Under the pieces are notes generated by a model that was given only the letters and a program-made list of their open reading frames with translations, ran no database searches and was not told the DNA's origin. From Callorhinchus milii (taxonomy: Eukaryota), in assembly GCF_018977255.1 (NCBI RefSeq), contig NW_024704742.1:114578001-114642000 (forward strand): a stretch of 64,000 nt of DNA, given 5' to 3'. Made by a program: the position numbers and the translations under genes. Positions 1 to 13,700 of this stretch are shown piece by piece. How positions within the stretch are numbered: the stretch's first letter is position 1; each line of letters starts with the position of its first letter.

Positions 1-628
1 GCTTTATAAATAGTGGCGTATAATAAAAAAGTCAGGAAGTTATGATGAACCTTTATAAAACACTGGTTAGGCCTCAGATAGAGTACTGTGTTCAGTTCTG
101 GGCGCCATACTTTAGGAAAGATGTCAAGGAATTGGAGAGGGTGCAAAGGAGATTTACCAGAATGGTACCGGGAATGAGGGACTTCAGTTATGAGGAGAGG
201 CTAGAGAAGATAGGATTATTCTCCTTGGAGCAGAGAAGGTTAAGAGGAGACTTAATAGAAATTTTCAAAATTATAGGAGATTTGATAGGATGAACAAAGA
301 GAAACGATTTCCACTGGTGAGTGGGTTGGTAACCCGAGGGCACCGATTTAAAATAGCTGTTAAAAGAAACAAGGGAGGTGAGAAGAAATGTTTTCACACA
401 GCAAGTTGTTTGGATCTGGAATGCATTGCCTGAAAGGGTGGTGGAAGCTGATTCGATGACAACTTTTAAGAGAGAAGTAGATAATTATTTGGGGAGGACA
501 AGTTTGCAGGGCTATGGGGAAAGAGTGGGGGAGTGGGATTGATTTGGATAGCTCTTTTCAAAGAACCAGCACAGCCACATAGGGCCAAATGGCCTCCTTC
601 TGTGCTCTATAATTCTATGATTCTATGA
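1..628 (+). mobile_element. CR1 LINE 3' fragment (ORF2 C-terminus and 3' UTR)
   Basis: ORF 42..293 reads LYKTLVRPQIEYCVQFWAP...LERVQRRFTRMVPG...LEQRRLRGDLIE, the typical CR1 ORF2 C-terminus. Ends in a TTCTATGATTCTATGA tail. Confidence 0.93.
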
Positions 629-1447
629 TATGATAATATTTACAAGACTATGTGTACGTTAGGAGCTGCAGTATCGCTCCTTAGACACCAGAAACGTAAG
701 AGTTAACTTTTATGCAGTTCGCTTCTAGGAAAAAAGAATATACACTGGAAAATCAGCATATTCCCTGTCTGAAGCACTGGCATTTGTTAAAAGGAAGGAC
801 CCCCTGCTTTGAGAGGAAGTAATGAGTTGCAAACCAGAAATTCCTGTGCATAGAGCTTCTGAGTTACAGAGATAGTGACAAACGTGCACACGTGTGTTAT
901 ATTTTAGTAAAAGCTACAATTTTAGGACAGCTTCAAAAGTCTGAGATTAATGACAAATTGTGTGTAGATACTATTGAAAATGCAAGAATGGTGTCTTATC
1001 AGCTGCTATGTTTAATACTCCTGATTTGGCTTATATTGCAAGCCTGAATTTTTTGATATAGTGTGTGTTTTGTTATGGAGAAGAAAATGGACAAGAGTCA
1101 CCTTTCTGAATGTGTGGGAGCCTAGTTAAGAGTGCAGAGGTTACCATAGAATTAAACTAAAAGTACTTTTGTGTCTTTTGTTCATTTTCCAAGTTTTTGA
1201 AACACAAACTTGGATCTCCATAACCAGTATTTTGTTAAACAAATGTATCTGGTTCTCCCTCCTACTCTTTGGAGCATTTAACGGTGTCCCACAATATGGG
1301 CCTTGACCCTTCATCTAACTTTCTCGATTAAAAACATTGAAGCAGAATGTTTTTCATCGAGAGACTTGGATGATTATTTGGCGACTATTTTGTGCATCCT
1401 AAAATGGCATGGATAATAGTATTTAATAGTAATTACAGAATAAAACG

Positions 1448-1768
1448 TGGAGTCCTGTAGCTCAGTGGTTAGAGCACTCGCTTTGCAAGCGAGAGACCTG
1501 AGTTCAATTCCAGGCAGGGCGAAACCTTGGGCAAGTTTCCTTACTCCACACGCCTAATAATAATCCCTCCAAAACCAAAAACAATAATTAAATTGGTCAT
1601 TTTCAATCTATGACTGTTTGTGGGACATTGCTGTGCGCAATTGGCTGCCGCGTTCGCCCACAAATATACAGTCAACTCACTTTACAGTATATTCTGTGAA
1701 GCGCTTTGGGACGTCCTCCCGACGTGAAAAGCGCTATATCAAATGCAAGGATTATTAGTATTATTATT
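1448..1768 (+). mobile_element. Young tRNA-Ala(TGC)-derived SINE with Deu-like core and L2-type tail
   Basis: A box TAGCTCAGTGG, B box GAGTTCAATTCC, anticodon arm CTCGC-TTTGCAA-GCGAG. Core TGTTTGTGGGACATTGCTGTGCGCAATTGGCTGCCGCG. Tail GGGACGTCCTCCCGACGTGAAAAGCGCTATA followed by (TTA)n. Near-identical copies occur elsewhere in the window. Confidence 0.92.
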
Positions 1769-2933
1769 AAAACAAAACTGAGTGTTCAGGTTTATTTCAC
1801 CCACTGTATTCTCAATAATGATACCAGATGGTATTACATAAGGCAGCATATAACCCGATGAAACCATTTAAGCAAACCTCTACAGCTTTTGCTTATATTG
1901 ATTTTTCTTTTACTTTCACATCTGTAACCAGCTTCAGTTTTTGAGGAATTGTCTGTCACTGGAGGGCTGTAAAAGGAAAAAAAGGATGATAATTAAAATA
2001 ATTATCACACTATTTTCCATAAAAGCTAGCAAATTGTCTGGTCTTCATTTGCTACTTTTGGATTCCACAAGTACAAATTCGTGCTGTGCTTAAAACCCAT
2101 TGCCATTTGGGCATTTTTTTTGTATCAACAGATGTTTCTCATTCAAGCAACTCATGCAGTTTTCTGTACGGTTGCTAAGTGCATAACAAACTATTGATAT
2201 CTATCAAAAGCGGTAATTAACCAGTAGATTTTTTTCTGTCCGTTTCCAAATCGCAGAAGCCATGTAGAGGAGATACATTTGCATGTTAAAAAGTTTGAAA
2301 GTTTCTTTTCTTGAAACTTGTAAAGCCATTTGTATGATTTACTGATGATTGTTAAATCATATATGCATGATTTTAAAGAACCAACTTTCAGGGATGAGTT
2401 TTAAAATCTTGTTTGACAGTCCTTCTTGATGCATGATAAATCTGACAACATCAAGCACCACTAAGGACAATGCAATTCAATCTTCATTGGCTGAGTTATG
2501 ACCTGTATTTCTCAACTTGACTTGTGAAGCACCTACATTGGATATTTTGTAAGCATTTACCAACTTTAACTTACATGGAATTTCATAGTATTACATAGAC
2601 TGTACAGCACCGAAACAAGCTATTTGATCCATCTCGTCCATACCGGTGTTTATATTCCACGTAAGCTTACACCCCTACAACACCGTTTATTTCCTTCTCC
2701 CTCAAGAATGAAACTTAAGGACAAACCATTTGGTCTACCTGTTCATCAACGTATCTTACTTTGACATTTGGCATTAACCAAACCTACAATGCAAAAAATG
2801 AGGTTTAATTTGTGTGAGAGAATGACCTGCAACACATATGGGATCTGCTCGGCATGAATCCTTTTTTGACTCCTGCAGTTTAGAGTCCTATTGACCTTGT
2901 ATAAAGTTGTACAATCTTTTCTCTTGATTTTAG

Positions 2934-3063
2934 GCAGAGAATATTGGCATTGACAAAGAGGAAGCTCCGGTAACAACGTTAGAACTAATTCAGTATGAGT
3001 ACCATGTTGTCTACTCCTGCAGCTACCAGGTACCTGTGCTGTACTTCAAAGCTTGTTTTTCAG
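2934..3063 (+). CDS. ATG10: ATG10 (E2-like autophagy conjugating enzyme) internal coding exon
   Basis: Splice sites ttttag|GCA...TCAG|gtatgt. Translates AENIGIDKEEAPVTTLELIQYEYHVVYSCSYQVPVLYFKACFS, matching the ATG10 motif YEYHVLYSCSYQVPVLYF. The phase-1 end fits the next exon. Confidence 0.93.
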
Positions 3064-3520
3064 GTATGTCAAACTGAACATAATTAACATTGAAACCTTT
3101 GTACTATGGGAAACCTAGTTTGCATGCAAGGACAAACTGCCTATAATTTACAATAACTTGCATTTATATAGCGTCCTTGCCCTTCACGTAGGGTAAACGT
3201 ATCAGAGCGCTTAACGGTGGCAGAGCTTGATGCTGAGCCAGGGAGTGAGGCGAGGTGACCATAAGCACGGTCGAGAAGGCAGATTTTCAGATATTATCTG
3301 AAAACAAGCAAGGAGGGGGCAAGGCAGAGCAAGGATTTTTTGCTAGGGTTCTTTTTAGTGCTTATTGGTCAAATAGTACGTGAACTATTTCTCATTGAGC
3401 CACAGAAGAACATAATTGTGCATTTTATATAAGGTTGGTAGCTACAGTAATGTTAACTCTGCTGCAGTTTGCAAATTTTTCAAAAACATTTCCTTTCAGA
3501 ATAAACTATGCAGTTATTAG

Positions 3521-3762
3521 CAAAACGCAAAATACTGCAGATGCTGGAAATCTGAAACAAAAACAGAAGTCACTGGGAACACTCAGTAGGTCAGGCAGCT
3601 TCTAATGAGAAAGGAGAATGAGTCAACGTTTTGGGTCCACGACCCTTCGTCAGAACACGACCCTTCAAACGAAGGGTTGTGGAACCCGAAACGTTGACTT
3701 ACTTTCCTTTCTCCATAGATGCTGTCTGCCCTGCTGAGTGTTCCCAGCGACTTCTGTTTTTG
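3521..3762. mobile_element. Penelope-like fold-back (inverted pseudo-LTR) element with hammerhead-like motifs
   Basis: The two arms are reverse complements (CAAAAACAGAAGTCACTGGGAACACTCAG / CTGAGTGTTCCCAGCGACTTCTGTTTTTG). Perfect 14-bp TSD TATGCAGTTATTAG at 3507-3520 and 3763-3776. CTGACGAAGGGTC..GACCC core on the - strand. Confidence 0.75.
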
Positions 3763-4822
3763 TATGCAGTTATTAGGTCAGTTTGAGATGATGCAGTGTG
3801 TTTCCAGTCCTCCGTCCAGCCTTCAGCCAGGCTCACCCATTTGAGACTGCCCCAACATTTGAAGCATTTAGCTGTAGAGCACTATATAAATGTAAGTTGT
3901 TACCATCATTAACAGGTGTTTAGGCTTTGTGAAGAGTTATATTATGTAAAAATATATTTATAGCAGCAGAAGCTTTATCATTGACATGGTTGTAGGATAC
4001 AGGTAATAACCAGTGGAAATCAGACACAGCTAGAACGAATCCTTTCAATTTTGCCTGGTGAAACTATCAGCCTTATCAAAGTTACATCAACGTATTTACT
4101 GATGTGTCTCCTCTTTGATTATTCGATTCAGAGAATAGGCGGTGTGTCCTTCCTTTCCTTTCTTCCATTTTCATTTATTTTCTTCAACTAGCAGGTTCAG
4201 GCAAATATCTAGCTATAAGGTCTGTAGATACTCACTCAGGCATTTGAGAGTGAACCACAATAACTCCTCCCTCTCTTCACTTTATATCTGTGCCACCCCC
4301 TACCCTGGTTCCATCCTTCCCCAACAAAACAGCTGATATTAGGAATGCATTCAACATTTAATGGGGTGATGTAAGGAAATCAAATTAAACAAGATTGAAT
4401 TACTACTGTAATGTACTGAAGGATACCAGATACTGCTCAGGGAGTTGCAAGATAGAAATCAAAATGAGGGGTTTAGCTGACGTCATTCCACATGTGAGTG
4501 AAGTTCAAGCAGTTTATTTTTGTAAAATAAACCCTGAGATTGGATTAGGGGCTTAAATTCACCAAGAGGCATCTGGTATCATTTGTAACGTGGAACAGCA
4601 AATATATCTTTCGTATAAAATACACTTAATTTTTTCTGTCGATAGGAGCAGATATCTTTGGGGGGGCTTTGAAGGAGAAAGTGGAGCAGCAGAAAAAGAC
4701 CTCAAAGAAAGAATGTGGTGCTACAGTTGTACTTGCTGTGATTTTTTGATTGTGATTTTTTTCTCCAATATACAATCCATTTAATATAATTGTTACTGTA
4801 CTTTGTGTTTTTTTCCCCCTAG

Positions 4823-4920
4823 ATGGCAGGCCACTTACACTGGAAGAGATTTGGGAGAACGTGCATGATTGTTACAAAGAGCGTCTTTTGCAAGGACCCT
4901 GGGAGACTATTACACAACAG
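4823..4920 (+). CDS. ATG10: ATG10 internal coding exon
   Basis: Splice sites ccctag|AT...CAG|gtaatt. Translates (D)GRPLTLEEIWENVHDCYKERLLQGPWETITQQ, matching vertebrate ATG10. Confidence 0.95.
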
Positions 4921-5298
4921 GTAATTAGCCCTATTAATCCAACGGCAAGATAGTCTCATCAGTTCTATTTGTCTATCAGCGTAGTTTAGGAATAAAAACT
5001 CGGAATGTTTCTGACTATTGTACCATCAATAAGTTTTAGCTGGTTGAGTTCAACCTGCTGGATGCTAATCATTTGCCGGGCTCCTTCGCTCTCGACAACA
5101 CTACTTTCCCAGGCTCAACAGCAGAGAAACTATTGTAACCTGGGATATATTTGTTCAACTCATCTCATTCTGTGTGTAGCCCTAAGTCATCCAATACCCT
5201 AATCAGATATTTACCTAAGTCTTTCGTGGAAAGGACTACTTGATGGCAGCAGGTGGAGTTGTGAGTGTGGGGGGACTCCAAATGAACATGAACAAATG

Positions 5299-5516
5299 AG
5301 TATCTGACACATATGGAAACCTGTCACTGTTTAAGACTATCCAAACCCAAACCAGATAGAGTTCCATGTCACCTAAACTCTGGGGTGTCTGAGTCTATTA
5401 CTCTCTAGAATTAGGTAAGCTGGGTGCATCCCTCCAGGGAGAGATAGTGCATTCCATTCCAGAGACATTTCCAAGTGTAGGTGGCATGGAACTCTTATCT
5501 GATTTGGATAATCTTA
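5299..5516. repeat. Unclassified old dispersed repeat with internal inverted arms
   Basis: Arms 5332-5375 and 5478-5516 are imperfect reverse complements. Shares the TCTGACACA..TGGAAACC...ATCCAAAC motif with copies near 35551, 35868, 58440 and 62340. Confidence 0.6.
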
Positions 5517-5597
5517 TCCAAATGGTTAGGATCCAGCAGTAATCCAGGCACAAACCGAAAAAACTCTACACTAGCCAGTAATCACACGATCTATCTA

Positions 5598-5918
5598 TGG
5601 AGCCCTGTAGCTCAGTGGTTAGAGCACTCGCTTTGCAAGTGAGAGACCTGAGTTCAATTCCAGTCAGGGCGAAACCTTGGGCAAGTTTCCTTACTCCACA
5701 CGCCTAATAATAATCCCTCCAAAACCAAAAACAATAATAAATTGGTCATTTTCAATCTAAGACTGTTTGTGGGACATTGCTGTGCGCAATTGGCTGCCGC
5801 GTTCGCCCACAAATATACAGTCAATTCACTTTACAGTGTGTTCTGTGAAGCGCTTTGGGACGTCCTCCCGACGTGAAAAGCGCTATATCAAATGCAAGGA
5901 TTATTATTATTATTATTA
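5598..5918 (+). mobile_element. Young tRNA-derived SINE, full length
   Basis: Near-identical to 1448-1768, with a (TTA)n tail. Confidence 0.92.
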
Positions 5919-8900
5919 CTGTGAGTACAGGGTAGTGTAGGAATTTTTCTGTTCCTGTTTCTGTGTTGCATCCCATCTGATTTCGAGGAATCTCCTGTGT
6001 TCCATGGAGATTACTTGTTTTCCCAGAGTGCTGAAAAAATCATACACGTGTCGAGTCTCTGGCAAGATTGCCACATGTTAGGCAGATATGCATTGTGTTA
6101 TGTTCATTGTAATTTGCAGAGCTTCTACATTCATATTTATTATGCAGCTCATCATGTATTGCCACTTGGATCTCCTTTATATGCTGTGGGAACTGCTATC
6201 CCCCGCCAAGAATATGCTGGTGTCACTCTTAAATCCATAAGGGCACACAAGGATATATGTGAAAATGCGACAATGTATTGTTGTTTTGCCACTTTTGCCT
6301 GCAATTCTACATGCCACAGTTGTAATCACGGATTTTTAAATTTTATTTGGGTTGAGTGGATATTAGCTGCTCCAAAAGCGTGAAATGTTCCTATTTCAGG
6401 AGCAACGGCTGCTCTGTTTTTTGTTAATACTAAATAAATTACACTTCACACACTAGGCAGTAAGAAATGCTAGGATCTGGTGTAATTTCATTTTAAACAT
6501 ACTTTCCTCTCAATTTGTTCCATGGAAAAGAATGTTGGTCCTACAGTTCTGCAGTCTGTGAGGATAAAAAGCCTAAAAAATGGGAAACCTGAATGGTCAT
6601 AGGCGTATTCTGATTTCAGCAGTTCTGCAAGGAAATATTTAAGGTTCCCAGACCCTATTGCAATGATTGTTTGGAGTATAATTTGTAGAGAAGATAATGG
6701 CATTTCTGCATGCTGGTCCTGTAATTTTACTCAAAGGTCTGCTGATTTAGTGTTGAAATATGTTAGTGTTTAGTGTTAGTCCAGTGCTTTGGGACATCCA
6801 CGTAATTTGTTGTTATTCTTGAAATGCTATGAAGCATTGAATTGTTTCCATTTTGCTAAGCCTTAATTCGATTGCAGTTTAGTTGTACATTCAAGACCCA
6901 TCTCAAGACCTTCCTCTTTGACCGTGCCTTCGGTTACCCTCCTTCCTCCCCTGTCCTCCGATCTTGACCCCCAACTCGGTTCGAAACACTGATTGTCCAA
7001 TGTCTTGGAACATCCTCCCTATGTGAAAAGCGCTATACAAATGTAATTTTCGTGTGTTTGTTTGATTACCTGGGCAATGAAAAAAAATGTGCTCATTTTG
7101 GAGATTTAGTCTTAATGGAGTCTCTGTCAAGATTACTTTATTTTATATACTTTAGCATTGTCCTCTTTCAAACTGATATGTCTAAAACAGAAAGTCACTT
7201 TCTTAGTCACAGTACCAAAAATTATTTCAGAAGCATTTAACAGACAATTCTGTTAACAGACATGTCGTCACTGATTTTTACAATAAATCTTGTGAAACAC
7301 TTTGAGACTTTCCGAAGAAATGCTTTATCAAATGCAAAGATTTTAACATTTGGCGGATTTATCATTTTGATGAATAAGGTGCATATAAATATTTGTATTT
7401 GAATTACATGTACCAGGGATCACTAATTTAGAATGTGCTCTTTACCTACGAAATAAATCAGTCTATAAAATCTTTTAAAGGTAATTTATGTTATTAAACT
7501 AAAGTATAATTTTTTAAAGTGTAAATTTAAGTAATATCTACAAGAGCAAAAGGTACTTCCACTTTTGTATATTTTCTAGCACTGCAATTACATTAATAGC
7601 AAGACATATGAGAAAATTAATGGCACTTACTGTATTCTTGATGGACCAACTGATGTGCTTTCAGTTGGCTTTTGTCTCAGCGGGAATCTCCCTAGAGTCG
7701 TCATTCATTCATACATTTTATGTGCACCAACATCCAGTAACTTGTTTAAGCTGCCATCTCTTTAAATACTGTAAAACAATTACAACACGCAGCTGTTTAA
7801 TGAAATTTCTGCAATGTTACCAGAGATCTCTGTGGGCATTTCCTGATGGTTCATAATGACACCAATTTACCACACCTGGTATGATCTGCTCACACTGAAA
7901 GGCACAATTTTTAAACTGTTAACCCCTTGAGGCTTTCAGCACAATTTCCAGATTAAAAGTAACCAAGTTGCACTATTATTATTTTTCTTTAAAGATTTTA
8001 GATCCTTTAGTTTGTAAGGAAATACTAACACTATAAATCATGACATATAAATTAATGGATTGCAAGTACCAATATAATTGAATTTAGGAATCAGTTTACA
8101 GGATATAGTATGTTTTAACATTTCCTGTGGGAGAGAAGACCTACGTTTGGTGGTAATACATAATCCTTTGTACTATACAGTGTGAAATAAATAGCACCTA
8201 AACCACATGAAAAGGTGCTGCTGCAGTTATAGTACAGTCAGTGTGCATCACAGCCAACAATGAGATCTTATTTGCAAACCAGATTTGATGTGCTAAATTA
8301 CTCTCCTACCTTCCCTGCAACTTGATAAATAATGTATAATCCTTGCATTTCATATAGTGCATCTCGTAAAGCGCCTCTCACATCAGGAGCCCGTCTCAAT
8401 GTGCTTCACAAGATTTATTGCAAAAGTGTAGTGACTGTATACAACAAACAAACAAGAAAATTGCATCCATATATAGCGCCTTTCATGTTGGGAGTCTCTC
8501 CAAGGGCCTTGACAGTTGAGGATTTGCACCTGAGCTGGGGATTGTATTCAAGAGATGGGATCAAGGGACTGTGGGGGGAAGTTAACTGAAGGCACGGTCA
8601 AAGAGGAAGGTCTTGAGACATATCTTGAAAGAGGCAAGGAAAAGGACTCCTACATGGAGTTCCAGAAAGTGAGGCCAAATAGGCTGAAAATGTGACCACT
8701 GATGGTGGGCCATCATGGCAGGGGTCAATGAGGCAGCATTGTGTATCCGTCAGGTTTATTGTATTCAAATCGAAATAACATGGGTACTGTAGCAAAGGAG
8801 CATTGATGAGGACATTTGGTATTTTGACCTTTGTATCACATTTTTACATTTTTGGATCATCTAAATCTGAAGCCTAAACCCAGATTAACCTTAAATTTTG

Positions 8901-9889
8901 TCCTTGATAATCACTAGTGTGGAAATAGGATTTATGTTTCCGTCTACCTCACATGCAGTGTAAGTCCACTTGCAATTTTGTAACTCACCTCTGAGTGGCT
9001 TTGCTAATGCGGAACAAATGTGAATTATTTCCATTACAAGTGTGATGTAGAAATACAGTTAAAAGCCACATTGGTATTACAGATGCTGTATGACAGCAAA
9101 AGGCATCCTTCACTGGGTTTTAAAACATGGTGAAATGCCATTACTACATTAGTTGGGTTGTGCAGAATTGCAGATTGTTCAGCTGCTACAAGCCAAAGCT
9201 CTGCAACCCTCTCCATCAATCCCTTCGCCTTGACCCCTCTCTCCCCATTCCTCTTCGACCGTGCCTACGGTCACCTTTCCACTCCCCCTGGCTCGGCATC
9301 GGACTCTGTCACTGTTAAGCGCTACGAGATGCCGTCGGCACGAAGGGCGCTATCTAAATGCAAGTTGTTGTTGTTGCTAGTGCATGTGGTTAAAAAGTCG
9401 CTATACTCAGCACCACAAATAACTTTTACTCTTATCTCCGACAGTGTTTATTGTTTTGTTTTCATTTAAATGCTGCATCCTTTGTTTTATTGCTGCTAAA
9501 AGTAACAACACTACAATGGCTTGACTCACTCTTTCACATTGATATGTTCACATTAAGCTTGTTTGGTATTGCTTAAGGTAACAATACAATGGAAGTTCTC
9601 ATGCACTGTTTCTGGCACATGATAATACTTAGAAATATGGCCATCTTAAAAAAAAAAAAAATCCATAATAACTTTGTGTTGGGGTTGAAAACATGGTCAT
9701 CAGGAAGATGGCTGTGTAACTGGGGCTTTGACCCTGGAAAAGCATCTCAGTGTGGCTCAGTTGATAGCACTCTCACCTCTACACAGGATTTACAAAGAAT
9801 GTACAGCACGGAAACAGCCCACTCAACTCAACCAGTTTGTGCTGATGTTTATACTCCACATGAGTTTACTTCCTTACTCCTTGCTCCCT

Positions 9890-10278
9890 CCCCTAACCTC
9901 TCTGACCTACTATCCCCCTACTTACCTGCCCGTACCCTCCGTTTCTCTGGCTCCAGTCTGTTCCACATCCCCCGCCCCAACCACCCTACCATCGGTGGCC
10001 GGGCCTTCAGCCTCTCAGCCCCGAGGCTCTGGAACTCTATCCCCCAGTGCCTTGGCCTTGCTTCCTCCCTTTCCTCCTTCAAGGCCGGTCTCAAGACCTT
10101 TCTCTTTGACCGTGCCTTCAGCTCCCCTCTCGACTCTCTATCCCCTCCTCGCTCCCTCCCTCCCTCACCCTGACCATTTCCCCCCTGCTCGGGTCCTGAC
10201 CCAACTGTACAGCGCCTTGGGACGTCCTCCTGACGTGAAAGGCACTCTATAAATGGAATCTTGTTGTTGTTGTTGTTT
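9890..10278 (+). mobile_element. L2 LINE 3' end
   Basis: Reads LLSPYLPARTLR...IGGRAFSLSAPRLWNSIP...FKAGLKTFLF, the L2 ORF2 C-terminus. Tail GGGACGTCCTCCTGACGTGAAAGGC...(TTG)n. Confidence 0.9.
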
Positions 10279-10309
10279 TCTTCCCCTCTCCCTCATGTGA
10301 AAATATAGC

Positions 10310-10765
10310 TTCTTCTGAATCAGAATGTTATGGGTTCAAGCCCCATGACGGGAATTTGATCTAACAATCTAGGCTGACACTCCCAAGTATAGTGTTGAGT
10401 GTGTGCTGCATTGTTGGAGGTGCCATCCTTCGGGTGAGACTTTAAACTGAGGTACTGTCTGCCTGTTTAGGTGGACATTCAACAACAACAACTTACATTT
10501 ATATAGCCCTGTTCACATGGGGTAATGTGCCGGTGCGCTTGTAAAGATTAAAGATTCCATGACACTATTTGAACAGTTTCTCCTGGTATTCTGGTCAATG
10601 ATACCCTAGATAAAATTGGCCAATCACTTCATGGCTGTTTGTGAGACATTGCCGTGGGCAAATTTTCTGCCACAAAATACACAGAAACTACACTTTACTG
10701 TAGATCCTGTGAAGCGCTTTGAGACATCCTCCCAATGTGAAAGGCACTATAACAAATGTAAAGAT
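10310..10765 (+). mobile_element. Older SacSINE1-like Deu-domain SINE, degenerate
   Basis: GGGTTCAAGCCC head, GTGCTGCATTGTTGGAGGTGCC body, AATTGGCCAATCACTTCATGGCTGTTTGTGAG core and L2-type tail. Confidence 0.7.
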
Positions 10766-13700
10766 TAAGATTACGCTCCAGAGAACCCCATCACTATCAC
10801 ATCAACCCTCAAGACCTGGGCTCTGAGGCACCTCTCAGGTTGTCGCCGAATTTTCGTGCGTTGGCGTGACATACCCAGATTCTCTGGAGGAGGCTCACCT
10901 TACGTCCTGAGATGCTTTGTCTTAGGCCAGAGGGCCATTTACACTGCTGTTGTCTCAACGATCGATGTTTCAATCCTCTGTTGAATTTTCCTTTGTTCAG
11001 ATTAATCTGCCTTCCAATAGCCCAAATGATTTACTGTATTTTTAAGAGAAGTTTTCAGATTTACAGGGAAATGCTATGCAATATGTAAAACTTGCTATAT
11101 TCATCGTGAGACAGTTCTGGCATGCAAAAATAATACAAGATGATCTAAGAGTGCCCCGTGGCATGACTTTAAGCTTGTTGACTTTAGTGCTGATCTGAAA
11201 TACAATGTAATGCTTTCTCTCCTATCTAATCACGTTATAGTTCAGACTTGTTGCAGTTCTCAAGAGCTGGAAAATGTAGACAAGCTGGCCATTGGGAGTG
11301 CAATATATCAATATAATTTTGATTTCTTGCCAAGGATTTTGGTGTTATTTTTGAGCATTTTTAAATTAGGAACAATAATATGGGATGTACTTTTACTATG
11401 TTTCAACATGTGGATTAAAAAAATTAAGACATGAAAACTGAACTACACCTTGATCAGTTTCACATTATTTGTTAGAAATTAATGAACTGAAAGGATATTG
11501 TAACGACCTTTCAACATGTAAAAAGACAGATTGATGATCAGCCTTGTCTGGTGCTATGATTTCTATAATTGTATGATCTGTGGCTTAATCCTTCAAATAA
11601 TTTCTCTATTTACAAAATGCTTACATTTCTGTTGGGTAATGTTATCCACGTACACTGCACTTGGAACAAAATATCCCCAATACAGTCCTGTGCTGATTCA
11701 GCTGTACTTCACCAGCTGTAGAGGTGCTGTATATAAGGTTGGGACGCCCTTGATGTAAGGAGGACAAATATCAGATAAGGTTCCTTTCTTGATTGCTGGT
11801 CAGTCACCCTTGCTGCGGTGTATAGGTCAATGTTGGATGAACAAAGCATTGGTTTGATTGTGAGCTCCTATCCCTCCCACCCCAATTCATTGGTATATCA
11901 CCTGACAACACTTATATACAGTGGTCACTTTGGGTGAAGAACTGTAGACAATCTGGCAGCCAGGAAACTACACAACAGCACCATTCAGGAAAGAATAACA
12001 ATAATCTAAGAGAACATAAGGATAAAGGGAAGAGAAATTCTGTAAATTTAACCAGGTCTTTTATCAGTTTATGCTGCCCATCATTTCAGATATTACTGCT
12101 TTCTATAAAATACTATAAAATACAATTTACATTTATACTGCGACTTCCACATTGAGAGGAAGTCTCAAAGCATTTCATAGCGCTGGATGGGCAACTGAGC
12201 TGGGGGTGACAGCCGAGCGTGGGTAGGAGGGAAAGATGACCGAAAGAGCGGTCAAAGAGGTACATTTTGGGACAGGCATTGAAAGAGGGGAGGAGGCGGG
12301 CAGAATGGCTAAAAGCCACCCGATAATGGTGGGGTGGTTAGGGACATGAAACAGACCACTGATATTAATGTCCCTTTAATATCAGCGGCCTGCTATTAAG
12401 TCCCTTTAATGTCAGTCCCCTTAATGTCAGTGGACAGGTATTTACACAAAGAATTTATTCTAATTCATTGTCATCAGAGAACCCACAAAAAACTACACAC
12501 AGTCAGATTACTTTGCAGTCTATCCTGTGAAAAGCTTTGAGACATTTCAACAATGTGCTAAGGAGCTATATAAAATGCAAGGATTATTATTATAACCTTT
12601 GTTAAAATTATCAATATATAAAGACTCTTTTGTTTCCCCATACACCTAGTTTCCAATAGGTCATTCCTCTTTATAGCTGCTCTACCCATGCAGGAAGCAG
12701 AGGAAATGTACTGCTGTGCTTTTACATTGTGGATTGTTGCATTAAAAGACAATCTGTCTCAGCTACATGACACATTGGTCCATGGTGGCTAAAAAACTGT
12801 TTGTCTTCTCTTTTGTAGCTCAATTGCTGTAGAAATGTTCCATTTTCTCATCGCCTACATCTTTTTTCAGTCAGAATTGTCATTCAGTTTGAGTGAAAAA
12901 ACGATTTTGAAAAGAAACAATGCCTCATAGTCTTGTTGGTGAAGGCCATACAGAGCAGAAGGTGGCAGGTTTCAATCATTGTCTCCACCAAGTGAGTTGA
13001 TCTAAGGTGAGCAGCAATTAGGGCGATACAATTGGTCTCAGTACTGCTGGATTAGGGAGGAGGAATCTTGGATCCCTGGAAAATAATTGTGTGTGAGTGT
13101 ATTGGGAGGGGGGATGGGGAAGAACATCAGGTGATGATATGGTTGTGATGCCACCACAGTTGGGCACTTCACAACTAAATCCTAGCAAGAGTCCAAACCA
13201 TCCCTAGAGGTAGAGATGAAAAGAATGGCAAAAACAAAATGATGAATTATGGTCGACACTGGTCTCAACGCAACTGGTAAAAAGTCAGATCCCTGTTCTG
13301 TGAATTGGGTTTGATGAAGGTAATCCTCTTAACCAATGAATTACGTATCAACTAGCTGTGCAAGTGAAAATCAAAAGCAATATTTGCTATTACGAAGAAA
13401 CTCTAAAGATCTGTAGTTTTCGACAGCTTAACTTAGTTATGGAAGAAAATCATAGGAACATTGTCCCTTTAAGACATTTTTATATAATGACATCCATCAT
13501 GGGACTGTTGCTTCCTGTATTACATATAAATCCTGGCCCTAGCCTATTCCCTGAATTCTTTCTTTTCCATCACTGTCAAGACTTTTGGACTTCTGCCCAG
13601 CTAAATGGAAAAACACATCTGTATTTCTTTGCTACAATTTCATGGAAAAGTCTTGGCCTCATTTTCCCTGTTTTACAGTGACTGAAGGTTTTGGTCTTCA

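Noticed and set aside
1448..1525. tRNA-Ala(TGC)-like genes (also near 5598, 39970 and 42460)
   Set aside because: They are SINE heads attached to the same body and tail, with no proper acceptor stem.
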